From Eledone cirrhosa (lineage: Eukaryota): a stretch of DNA of 64,000 nt. This document shows positions 51,309 through 64,000 of the stretch, piece by piece. Location of the stretch: NCBI GenBank assembly GCA_964016885.1, contig OZ024740.1, positions 426,870,001 through 426,934,000 of the forward strand, read 5' to 3'. The first letter of the stretch is position 1. Every line of letters starts with the position of its first letter. The notes below the pieces were generated by a model that was not told the origin of the DNA, ran no database searches, and saw only the letters and a program-made list of their open reading frames with translations. A program made the position numbers and the translations under genes.

Positions 51309-51381
51309 GGGGAATTAGCTCAGATGGTAGAGCGCTCGCTTTGCATGCGAGAGGTACCGGGATCGACGCCCGGATTCTCCA
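51309..51381 (+). tRNA. tRNA-Ala(TGC)
   Basis: array consensus cloverleaf. Confidence 0.95.
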
Positions 51382-51860
51382 AATGTAGGAGTTATATTAC
51401 TATATATTTTGATGTTTCTACATTTTACAATTTTCTGTTATTGTTGTTGTTTCTGCTGTTGAATGTGATGGATTGGCAGTATCTGTAATCATCAGAAAAC
51501 ATGCTTTACAGTATAGAGTTATGGCCCTTTACGTTTCGAGTTAAAATCGCGCACATGTCAACTTAAAATAAATTATCAATAATGTACTGGGTATTTCACG
51601 GCCTTGTTCCAAAAGTAGAAACAATTATTTTTGTTGTTGTTGTTATTGTTGTTGTTGTTGTTGTTCTTCTTCTTCTTCTTCTTCTTCTTCTTCTTCTTCT
51701 TCTTCTTCTTCTTCTTCTTCACACCACCAGCATCACGTGACCTACCTGTGAGGAGGGCCGTCAGCAATAGTAATCATAGAACATATAGAATCCGTCCGAG
51801 GCCGCCCTTATTATTTACTATATATGTATATATATATTGTAGAGAAACAGACTCATGTGA

Positions 51861-51933
51861 GGGGAATTAGCTCAGATGGTAGAGCGCTCGCTTAGCATGC
51901 GAGAGGTACCGGGATCTATGCCCGGATTCTCCA
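51861..51933 (+). tRNA. tRNA-Ala(AGC)
   Basis: cloverleaf; G57T in B-box. Confidence 0.88.
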
Positions 51934-52586
51934 TGCGTCAAGATTTCTTTTCAAATATTTTCTTCTTGTTCAAAACTACAGCATCACATGACCATCTTTT
52001 GAGGTTGGCTGTCTGTTGTAATCGATAGAAGTTGTAACACAATTGGCCCTTAATTCGTACAGCCTGAAAATAGCACCAGACTATTTCAACCATATATCTA
52101 TATATATAAAATATAGGAGGTCTGTTTGTGCAAATCCCTAAAGCTCCAGATGTACTCAACTGACTTTTTCCAAACTTTACACATGTGTTACTTATAATAC
52201 TTGAAGTGCAATAGGCTAGTAGAAATTTAACTTTTGATGCGATTTTTTCATGTTCAATTATGTAGCATCACGTGACCTTCATTTGAACATGTCTCTCGCT
52301 ATAGTCAATTGACATAATCACACAATTGGTCGTTAAAGTTGAACAACTTGAATATCGTGCAGGAGGATTTAAACCAAATATGTTTTATAAAAGCAAACTC
52401 TCACAATGGAAAATACATAGAAATTGAATCAGTCTAAGAAAATACATATCAAACTTACGATCATTGTCAAATCTGTTAGTAGGGATAATTGAGTATTAAT
52501 TTTAACTAACCAGTCAAATCGAATTGGTCAAAGATATCCGTATGTCATTTACTATATAGATGTATATAACTGTGTGGTTCTCGTGA

Positions 52587-52659
52587 GGGGAATTAGCTCA
52601 GATGGTAGAGCGCTCGCTTTGCATGCGAGAGGTACCGGGATCGACGCCCGGATTCTCCA
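52587..52659 (+). tRNA. tRNA-Ala(TGC)
   Basis: array consensus cloverleaf. Confidence 0.95.
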
Positions 52660-53114
52660 AATGTAGGAGTTATATTACTATATATTTTGATGTTTCTACA
52701 TTTTACAATTTTCTGTTATTGTTGTTGTTTCTGCTGTTGAATGTGATGGATTGGCAGTATCTGTAATCATCAGAAAACATGCTTTACAGTATAGAGTTAT
52801 GGCCCTTTACGTTTCGAGTTAAAATCGCGCACATGTCAACTTAAAATAAATTATCAATAATGTACTGGGTATTTCACGGCCTTGTTCCAAAAGTAGAAAC
52901 AATTATTTTTGTTGTTGTTGTTATTGTTGTTGTTGTTCTTCTTCTTCTTCTTCTTCTTCTTCTTCTTCTTCTTCACACCACCAGCATCACGTGACCTACC
53001 TGTGAGGAGGGCCGTCAGCAATAGTAATCATAGAACATATAGAATCCGTCCGAGGCCGCCCTTATTATTTACTATATATGTATATATATATTGTAGAGAA
53101 ACAGACTCATGTGA

Positions 53115-53187
53115 GGGGAATTAGCTCAGATGGTAGAGCGCTCGCTTAGCATGCGAGAGGTACCGGGATCGATGCCCGGATTCTCCA
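53115..53187 (+). tRNA. tRNA-Ala(AGC)
   Basis: array consensus cloverleaf. Confidence 0.95.
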
Positions 53188-53841
53188 TGCGTCAAGATTT
53201 CTTTTCAAATATTTTTTTCTTGTTCAAAACTACAGCATCACATGAGCTTCTTTTGAGGTTGGCTGTCAGTTGTAATCGATAGAAGTGATAACACAATTGG
53301 CCCTTAAATTCATAGAGCCTGAAAATAGCACCAGACTATTTCAACCATATATCTATATATATAAAATATAGGAGGTCTGTTTGTGCAAATCCCTAAAACT
53401 CCAGATGTACTCAACTGACTTTTTTCAAACTTTACACATGTGTTACTTATAATACTTGAAGTGCAATAGGCTAGTAGAAATTTAACTTTTGATGCGATTT
53501 TTTCATGTTCAATTATGTAGCATCACGTGACCTTCATTTGAACATGTCTCTCGCTATAGTCAATTGACATAATCACACAATTGGTCGTTAAAGTTGAACA
53601 ACTTGAATATCGTGCAGGAGGATTTAAACCAAATATGTTTTATAAAAGCAAACTCTCACAATGGAAAATACATAGAAATTGAATCAGTCTAAGAAAATAC
53701 ATATCAAACTTACGATCATTGTCAAATCTGTTAGTAGGGATAATTGAGTATTAATTTTAACTAACCAGTCAAATCGAATTGGTCAAAGATCTCCGTATGT
53801 CATTCACTATATAGATGTATATAACTGTGTGGTTCTCGTGA

Positions 53842-53914
53842 GGGGAATTAGCTCAGATGGTAGAGCGCTCGCTTTGCATGCGAGAGGTACCGGGATCGAC
53901 GCCCGGATTCTCCA
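53842..53914 (+). tRNA. tRNA-Ala(TGC)
   Basis: array consensus cloverleaf. Confidence 0.95.
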
Positions 53915-54162
53915 AATGTAGGAGTTATATTACTATATATTTTGATGTTTCTACATTTTACAATTTTCTATTATTGTTGTTGTTTCTGTGTTGAATGTGA
54001 TGGATTGGCAGTATCTGTAATCATCAGACAACATGCTTTACAGTATAGAGTTATGGCCCTTTACGTTCCGAGTTAAAATCGCGCCCATGTCAACTTAAAA
54101 TAAATTAACAATAATGTACTGGGTATTTCACGGCCTTGTTCCAAAAGTAAAAATAATTATAT

Positions 54163-54194
<32 letters not shown>

Positions 54195-54386
54195 CTTCTT
54201 CTTCTCCTTCTTCTTCTTCTTCTTCTTCTTCTTCTTCTTCTTCTTCACACCACCAGCATCACGTGACCTACCTGTGAGGAGGGCCGTCAGCAATAGTAAT
54301 CATAGAACATATAGAATCCGTCCGAGGTCGCCCTTATTATTTACTATATATATATATATATATTGTAGAGAAACAGACTCATGTGA

Positions 54387-54459
54387 GGGGAGTTAGCTCA
54401 GATGGTAGAGCGCTCGCTTAGCATGCGAGAGGTACCGGGATCGATGCCAGGATTCTCCA
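54387..54459 (+). tRNA. tRNA-Ala(AGC)
   Basis: cloverleaf; A6G, C63A. Confidence 0.88.
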
Positions 54460-55112
54460 TGCGTCAAGATTTCTTTTCAAATATTTTTTCTTCTTCAAAA
54501 CTACAGCATCACATGACCATCTTTTGAGGTTGGCTGTCTGTTGTAATCGATAGAAGTTGTAACACAATTGGCCCTTAAATTCATAGAGCCTGAAAATAGC
54601 ACCAGACTATTTCAACCATATATCTATATATATAAAACATAGGAGGTCTGTTTGTGCAAATCCCTAAAACTCCAGATGTACTCAACTGACTTTTTTCAAA
54701 CTTTACACATGTGTTACTTATAATACTTGAAGTGCAATAGGCTAGTAGAAATTTAACTTTTGATGCGATTTTTTCATGTTCAATTATGTAGCATCACGTG
54801 ACCTTCATTTGAACATGTCTCTCGCTATAGTCAATTGACATAATCACACAATTGGTCGTTAAAGTTGAACAACTTGAATATCGTGCAGGGGGATTTAAAC
54901 CAAATATGTTTTATAAAAGCAAACTCTCACAATGGAAAATACATAGAAATTGAATCAGTCTAAGAAAATACATATCAAACTTAAGATCATTGTCAAATCT
55001 GTTAGTAGGGATAATTGAGTATTAATTTTAACTGACCAGTCAAATCGAATTGGTCAAAGATATCCGTATGTCATTCACTATATAGATGTATATAACTGTG
55101 TGGTTCTCGTGA

Positions 55113-55185
55113 GGGGAATTAGCTCAGATGGTAGAGCGCTCGCTTTGCATGCGAGAGGTACCGGGATCGACGCCCGGATTCTCCA
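55113..55185 (+). tRNA. tRNA-Ala(TGC)
   Basis: array consensus cloverleaf. Confidence 0.95.
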
Positions 55186-55661
55186 AATGTAGGAGTTATA
55201 TTACTATATATTTTGATGTTTCTACATTTTACAATTTTCTGTTATTGTTGTTGTTTCTGCTGTTGAATGTGATGGATTGGCAGTATCTGTAATCATCAGA
55301 AAACATGCTTTACAGTATAGAGTTATGGCCCTTTACGTTTCGAGTTAAAATCGCGCACATGTCAACTTAAAATAAATTATCAATAATGTACTGGGTATTT
55401 CACGGCCTTGTTCCAAAAGTAGAAACAATTATTTTTGTTGTTGTTGTTATTGTTGTTGTTGTTGTTCTTCTTCTTCTCCTTCTTCTTCTTCTTCTTCTTC
55501 TTCTTCTTCTTCTTCTTCTTCACACCACCAGCATCACGTGACCTACCTGTGAGGAGGGCCGTCAGCAATAGTAATCATAGAACATATAGAATCCGTCCGA
55601 GGCCGCCCTTATTATTTACTATATATGTATATATATATTGTAGAGAAACAGACTCATGTGA

Positions 55662-55734
55662 GGGGAATTAGCTCAGATGGTAGAGCGCTCGCTTAGCATG
55701 CGAGAGGTACCGGGATCGATGCCCGGATTCTCCA
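55662..55734 (+). tRNA. tRNA-Ala(AGC)
   Basis: array consensus cloverleaf. Confidence 0.95.
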
Positions 55735-56388
55735 TGCGTCAAGATTTCTTTTCAAATATTTTTTTCTTGTTCAAAACTACAGCATCACATGAGATTCTTT
55801 TGAGGTTGGCTGTCAGTTGTAATCGATAGAAGTGATAACACAATTGGCCCTTAAATTCATAGAGCCTGAAAATAGCACCAGACTATTTCAACCATATATC
55901 TATATATATAAAATATAGGAGGTCTGTTTGTGCAAATCCCTAAAACTCCAGATGTACTCAACTGACTTTTTTCAAACTTTACACATATGTTACTTATAAT
56001 ACTTGAAGTGCAATAGGCTAGTAGAAATTTAACTTTTGATGCGATTTTTTCATGTTCAATTATGTAGCATCACGTGACCTTCATTTGAACATGTCTCTCG
56101 CTATAGTCAATTGACATAATCACACAATTGGTCGTTAAAGTTGAACAACTTGAATATCGTGCAGGAGGATTTAAACCAAATATGTTTTATAAAAGCAAAC
56201 TCTCACAATGGAAAATACATAGAAATTGAATCAGTCTAAGAAAATACATATCAAACTTACGATCATTGTCAAATCTGTTAGTAGGGATAATTGAGTATTA
56301 ATTTTAACTAACCAGTCAAATCGAATTGGTCAAAGATATCCGTATGTCATTCACTATATAGATGTATATAACTGTGTGGTTCTCGTGA

Positions 56389-56461
56389 GGGGAATTAGCT
56401 CAGATGGTAGAGCGCTCGCTTTGCATGCGAGAGGTACCGGGATCGACGCCCGGATTCTCCA
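56389..56461 (+). tRNA. tRNA-Ala(TGC)
   Basis: array consensus cloverleaf. Confidence 0.95.
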
Positions 56462-56710
56462 AATGTAGGAGTTATATTACTATATATTTTGATGTTTCTA
56501 CATTTTACAATTTTCTGTTATTGTTGTTGTTTCTGCTGTTGAATGTGATGGATTGGCAGTATCTGTAATCATCAGAAAACATGCTTTACAGTATAGAGTT
56601 ATGGCCCTTTACGTTTCGAGTTAAAATCGCGCACATGTCAACTTAAAATAAATTATCAATAATGTACTGGGTATTTCACGGCCTTGTTCCAAAAGTAAAA
56701 ACAATTATAT

Positions 56711-57141
<431 letters not shown>

Positions 57142-57282
57142 CACACCACCAGCATCACGTGACCTACCTGTGAGGAGGGCCGTCAGCAATAGTAATCATA
57201 GAACATATAGAATCCGTCCGAGGCCGCCCTTATTATTTACTATATAGATATATATATATTGTAAAGAAATTGACTCATGTGA

Positions 57283-57355
57283 GGGGAATTAGCTCAGATG
57301 GTAGAGCGCTCGCTTAGCATGCGAGAGGTACCGGGATCGATGCCCGGATTCTCCA
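57283..57355 (+). tRNA. tRNA-Ala(AGC)
   Basis: array consensus cloverleaf. Confidence 0.95.
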
Positions 57356-58009
57356 TGCGTCAAGATTTCTTTTCAAATATTTTTTTCTTGTTCAAAACTA
57401 CAGCATCACATGACCATCTTTTGAGGTTGGCTGTCAGTTGTAATCGATAGAAGTGATAACACAATTAGCCCTTAAATTCATACAGCCTGAAAATAGCACC
57501 AGACTATTTCAACCATATATCTATATATATAAAACATAGGAGGTCTGTTTGTGCAAATCCCTAAAACTCCAGATGTACTCGACTGACTTTTTTCAAACTT
57601 TACACATGTGTTACTTATAATACTTGAAGTGCAATAGGCTAGTAGAAATTTAACTTTTGATGCGATTTTTTCATGTTCAATTATGTAGCATCACGTGACC
57701 TTCATTTGAACATGTCTCTCGCTATAGTCAATTGATATAATCACACAATTGGTCGTTAAAGTTGAACAACTTGAATATCGTGCAGGAGGATTTAAACCAA
57801 ATATGTTTTATAAAAGCAAACTCTCACAATGGAAAATACATAGAAATTGAATCAGTCTAAGAAAATACATATCAAACTTACGATCATTGTCAAATCTGTT
57901 AGTAGGGAAAATTCAGTATTAATTTTAACTAACCAGTGAAATCGGATTGGTCAAAGATCTCCGTATGTCATTCACTATATAGATGTATATAACTGTGTGG
58001 TTCTCGTGA

Positions 58010-58082
58010 GGGGAATTAGCTCAGATGGTAGAGCGCTCGCTTTGCATGCGAGAGGTACCGGGATCGACGCCCGGATTCTCCA
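58010..58082 (+). tRNA. tRNA-Ala(TGC)
   Basis: array consensus cloverleaf. Confidence 0.95.
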
Positions 58083-58331
58083 AATGTAGGAGTTATATTA
58101 CTATATATTTTGATGTTTCTACATTTTACAATTTTCTATTATTGTTGTTGTTTCTGCTGTTGAATGTGATGGATTGGCAGTATCTGTAATCATCAGACAA
58201 CATGCTTTACAGTATAGAGTTATGGCCCTTTACGTTCCGAGTTAAAATCGCGCCCATGTCAACTTAAAATAAATTAACAATAATGTACTGGGTATTTCAC
58301 GGCCTTGTTCCAAAAGTAAAAACAATTATAT

Positions 58332-58531
<200 letters not shown>

Positions 58532-58681
58532 CTTCTTCTTCACACCACCAGCATCACGTGACCTACCTGTGAGGAGGGCCGTCAGCAATAGTAATCATAG
58601 AACATATAGAATCCGTCCGAGGCCGCCCTTATTATTTACTATATATATATATATATATTGTAAAGAAATTGACTCATGTGA

Positions 58682-58754
58682 GGGGAATTAGCTCAGATGG
58701 TAGAGCGCTCGCTTAGCATGCGAGAGGTACCGGGATCGATGCCCGGATTCTCCA
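58682..58754 (+). tRNA. tRNA-Ala(AGC)
   Basis: array consensus cloverleaf. Confidence 0.95.
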
Positions 58755-59408
58755 TGCGTCAAGATTTCTTTTCAAATATTTTTTTCTTGTTCAAAATTAC
58801 AGCATCACATGACCTTCTTTTGAGGTTGGCTGTCAGTTGTAATCGATAGAAGTGATAACACAATTAGCCCTTAAATTCATACAGCCTGAAAATAGCACCA
58901 GACTATTTCAACCATATATCTATATATATAAAATATAGGAGGTCTGTTTGTGCAAATCCTTAAAACTCCAGATGTACTCGACTGACTTTTTTCAAACTTT
59001 ACACATGTGTTACTTATAATACTTGAAGTGCAATAGGCTAGTAGAAATTTAACTTTTGATGCGATTTTTTCATGTTCAATTATGTAGCATCACGTGACCT
59101 TCATTTGAACATGTCTCTCGCTATAGTCAATTGACATAATCACACAATTGGTCGTTAAAGTTGAACAACTTGAATATCGTGCAGGAGGATTTAAACCAAA
59201 TATGTTTTATAAAAGCAAACTCTCACAATGGAAAATACATAGAAATTGAATCAGTCTAAGAAAATACATATCAAACTTACGATCATTGTCAAATCTGTTA
59301 GTAGGGAAAATTCAGTATTAATTTAAACTAACCAGTGAAATCGGATTGGTCAAAGATCTCCGTATGTCATTCACTATATAGATGTATATAACTGTGTGGT
59401 TCTCGTGA

Positions 59409-59481
59409 GGGGAATTAGCTCAGATGGTAGAGCGCTCGCTTTGCATGCGAGAGGTACCGGGATCGACGCCCGGATTCTCCA
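59409..59481 (+). tRNA. tRNA-Ala(TGC)
   Basis: array consensus cloverleaf. Confidence 0.95.
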
Positions 59482-59730
59482 AATGTAGGAGTTATATTAC
59501 TATATATTTTGATGTTTCTACATTTTACAATTTTCTATTATTGTTGTTGTTTCTGCTGTTGAATGTGATGGATTGGCAGTATCTGTAATCATCAGACAAC
59601 ATGCTTTACAGTATAGAGTTATGGCCCTTTACGTTCCGAGTTAAAATCGCGCCCATGTCAACTTAAAATAAATTAACAATAATGTACTGGGTATTTCACG
59701 GCCTTGTTCCAAAAGTAAAAACAATTATAT

Positions 59731-59897
<167 letters not shown>

Positions 59898-59908
59898 GGT
59901 GGTGGTGG

Positions 59909-60018
<110 letters not shown>

Positions 60019-60193
60019 TTGTTGTTGTTGTTCTTCTTCTTCTTCTTCTTCTTCTTCACACCACCAGCATCACGTGACCTACCTGTGAGGAGGGCCGTCA
60101 GCAATAGTAATCATAGAACATATAGAATCCGTCCGAGGCCGCCCTTATTATTTACTATATATATATATATTGTAAAGAAATAGACTCATGTGA

Positions 60194-60266
60194 GGGGAAT
60201 TAGCTCAGATGGTAGAGCGCTCGCTTAGCATGCGAGAGGTACCGGGATCGATGCCCGGATTCTCCA
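60194..60266 (+). tRNA. tRNA-Ala(AGC)
   Basis: array consensus cloverleaf. Confidence 0.95.
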
Positions 60267-60920
60267 TGCGTCAAGATTTCTTTTAAAATATTTTTTTCTT
60301 GTTCAAAACTACAGCATCACATGACCTTCTTTTGAGGTTGGCTGTCAGTTGTAATCGATAGAAGTGATAACACAATTAGCCCTTAAATTCATACAGCCTG
60401 AAAATAGCACCAGACTATTTCAACCATATATCTATATATATAAAATATAGGAGGTCTGTTTGTGCAAATCCTTAAAACTCCAGATGTACTCGACTGACTT
60501 TTTTCAAACTTTACACATGTGTTACTTATAATACTTGAAGTGCAATAGGCTAGTAGAAATTTAACTTTTGATGCGATTTTTTCATGTTCAATTATGTAGC
60601 ATCACGTGACCTTCATTTGAACATGTCTCTCGCTATAGTCAATTGACACAATCACACAATTGGTCGTTAAAGTTGAACAACTTGAATATCGTGCAGGAGG
60701 ATTTAAACCAAATATGTTTTATAAAAGCAAACTCTCACAATGGAAAATACATAGAAATTGAATCAGTCTAATAAAATACATATCAAACTTACGATCATTG
60801 TCAAATCTGTTAGTAGGGAAAATTCAGTATTAATTTTAACTAACCAGTGAAATCGGATTGGTCAAAGATCTCCGTATGTCATTCACTATATAGATGTATA
60901 TAACTGTGTGGTTCTCCTGA

Positions 60921-60993
60921 GGGGAATTAGCTCAGATGGTAGAGCGCTCGCTTTGCATGCGAGAGGTACCGGGATCGACGCCCGGATTCTCCA
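60921..60993 (+). tRNA. tRNA-Ala(TGC)
   Basis: array consensus cloverleaf. Confidence 0.95.
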
Positions 60994-61245
60994 AATGTAG
61001 GAGTTATATTACTATATATTTTGATGTTTCTACATTTTACAATTTTCTATTATTGTTGTTGTTTCTGCTGTTGAATGTGATGGATTGGCAGTATCTGTAA
61101 TCATCAGACAACATGCTTTACAGTATAGAGTTATGGCCCTTTACGTTCCGAGTTAAAATCGCGCCCATGTCAACTTAAAATAAATTAACAATAATGTACT
61201 GGGTATTTCACGGCCTTGTTCCAAAAGTAAAAACAATTATATTTT

Positions 61246-61295
<50 letters not shown>

Positions 61296-61541
61296 CTTCT
61301 TCTTCTTCTTCTTCTTCTTCTTCTTCTTCTTCTTCTTCTTCTTCTTCTTCTTCTTCTTCTTCTTCTTCTTCTTCTTCTTCTTCTTCTTCTTCTTCTTCTT
61401 CACACCACCAGCATCACGTGACCTACCTGTGAGGAGGGCCGTCAGCAATAGTAATCATAGAACATATAGAATCCGTCCGAGGCCGCCCTTATTATTTACT
61501 ATATATATATATATATATTGTAAAGAAATTGACTCATGTGA

Positions 61542-61614
61542 GGGGAATTAGCTCAGATGGTAGAGCGCTCGCTTAGCATGCGAGAGGTACCGGGATCGAT
61601 GCCCGGATTCTCCA
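61542..61614 (+). tRNA. tRNA-Ala(AGC)
   Basis: array consensus cloverleaf. Confidence 0.95.
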
Positions 61615-62268
61615 TGCGTCAAGATTTCTTTTCAAATATTTTTTTCTTGTTCAAAACTACAGCATCACATGACCATCTTTTGAGGTTGGCTGTCAGTTGT
61701 AATCGATAGAAGTGATAACACAATTAGCCCTTAAATTCATACAGCCTGAAAATAGCACCAGACTATTTCAACCATATATCTATATATATAAAACATAGGA
61801 GGTCTGTTTGTGCAAATCCCTAAAACTCCAGATGTACTCGACTGACTTTTTTCAAACTTTACACATGTGTTACTTATAATACTTGAAGTGCAATAGGCTA
61901 GTAGAAATTTAACTTTTGATGCGATTTTTTCATGTTCAATTATGTAGCATCACGTGACCTTCATTTGAACATGTCTCTCGCTATAGTCAATTGATATAAT
62001 CACACAATTGGTCGTTAAAGTTGAACAACTTGAATATCGTGCAGGAGGATTTAAACCAAATATGTTTTATAAAAGCAAACTCTCACAATGGAAAATACAT
62101 AGAAATTGAATCAGTCTAAGAAAATACATATCAAACTTACGATCATTGTCAAATCTGTTAGTAGGGAAAATTCAGTATTAATTTTAACTAACCAGTGAAA
62201 TCGGATTGGTCAAAGATCTCCGTATGTCATTCACTATATAGATGTATATAACTGTGTGGTTCTCGTGA

Positions 62269-62341
62269 GGGGAATTAGCTCAGATGGTAGAGCGCTCGCT
62301 TTGCATGCGAGAGGTACCGGGATCGACGCCCGGATTCTCCA
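62269..62341 (+). tRNA. tRNA-Ala(TGC)
   Basis: array consensus cloverleaf. Confidence 0.95.
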
Positions 62342-62590
62342 AATGTAGGAGTTATATTACTATATATTTTGATGTTTCTACATTTTACAATTTTCTATTA
62401 TTGTTGTTGTTTCTGCTGTTGAATGTGATGGATTGGCAGTATCTGTAATCATCAGACAACATGCTTTACAGTATAGAGTTATGGCCCTTTACGTTCCGAG
62501 TTAAAATCGCGCCCATGTCAACTTAAAATAAATTAACAATAATGTACTGGGTATTTCACGGCCTTGTTCCAAAAGGAAAAACAATTATAT

Positions 62591-62844
<254 letters not shown>

Positions 62845-62991
62845 CTTCTTCACACCACCAGCATCACGTGACCTACCTGTTAGGAGGGCCGTCAGCAATA
62901 GTAATCATAGAACATATAGAATCCGTCCGAGGCCGCCCTTATTATTTACTATATATGTATATATATATTGTAGAGAAACAGACTCATGTGA

Positions 62992-63064
62992 GGGGAATTT
63001 GCTCAGATGGTAGAGCGCTCGCTTAGCATGCGAGAGGTACCGGGATCGATGCCAGGATTCTCCA
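62992..63064 (+). tRNA. tRNA-Ala(AGC), variant
   Basis: A9T, C63A. Confidence 0.85.
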
Positions 63065-63715
63065 TGCGTCAAGATTTCTTTTCAAATATTTTTTCTTCTT
63101 CAAAACTACAGCATCACATGACCATCTTTTGAGGTTGGCTGTCAGTTGTAATCGATAGAAGTTGTAACACAATTGGCCCTTAATTCGTACAGCCTGAAAA
63201 TAGCACCAGACTATTCAACCATATATCTATATATATAAAATATAGGAGGTCTGTTTGTGCAAATCCCTAAAACTCCAGATGTACTCGACTGTCTTTTTTC
63301 AAACTTTACACATATGTTACTTATAATACTTGAAGTGCAATAGGCTAGTAGAAATTTAACTTTTGATGCGATTTTTTCATGTTCAATTATGTAGCATCAC
63401 GTGACCTTCATTTGAACATGTCTCTCGCTATAGTCAATTGACATAATCACACAATTGGTCGTTAAAGTTGAACAACTTGAATATCGCGCAGGAGGATTTA
63501 AACCAAATATGTTTTATAAAAGCAAACTCTCACAATGGAAAATACATAGAAATTGAATCAGTCTAAGAAAATACATATCAAACTTACGATCATTGTCAAA
63601 TCTGTTAGTAGGGAAAATTCAGTATTAATTTTAACTAACCAGTCAAATCGGATTGGTCAAAGATCTCCGTATGTCATTCACTATATAGATGTATATAACT
63701 ATGTGGTTCTCCTGA

Positions 63716-63788
63716 GGGGAAATAGCTCAGATGGTAGAGCGCTCGCTTTGCATGCGAGAGGTACCGGGATCGACGCCCGGATTCTCCA
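63716..63788 (+). tRNA. tRNA-Ala(TGC), variant
   Basis: T7A mismatch in acceptor stem. Confidence 0.88.
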
Positions 63789-64000
63789 AATGTAGGAGTT
63801 ATATTACTATATATTTTGATGTTTCTACATTTTACAATTTTCTATTATTGTTGTTGTTTCTGCTGTTGAATGTGATGGATTGGCAGTATCTGTAATCATC
63901 AGACAACATGCTTTACAGTATAGAGTTATGGCCCTTTACGTTCCGAGTTAAAATCGCGCCCATGTCAACTTAAAATAAATTAACAATAATGTACTGGGTA

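Overview
Eukaryotic (animal) repeat-rich DNA with no recognisable host protein-coding gene. The SINE family and (TA)n/(CA)n landscape suggest a cephalopod such as Octopus, which is my inference. 1-23.6 kb is a patchwork of transposon pieces in (TA)n tracts: many Penelope-like (GIY-YIG) fragments, often as fold-back inverted repeats, carrying about 14 hammerhead-ribozyme motifs I could fold by eye; a full-length RTE LINE with an 11-bp TSD and one frameshift; an internally deleted mariner; CR1-group, CRE and RTE fragments; and a tRNA-derived SINE with a TSD. From 23.85 kb to the window end is a tandem array of 21 units of about 1.25-1.6 kb. Each unit holds tRNA-Ala(AGC), tRNA-Ala(TGC), a decayed SINE and a compound (GTT)n(CTT)n microsatellite, giving 42 tRNA genes plus one inverted pseudogene. 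The first unit is interrupted at the SINE's (ATT)n tail by two head-to-tail, ~6-kb Tx1/L1-group retrotransposons. These have near-identical ORF2 and 3'UTR but strongly diverged 5'UTR and ORF1. All calls are from manual reading; no searches were run.
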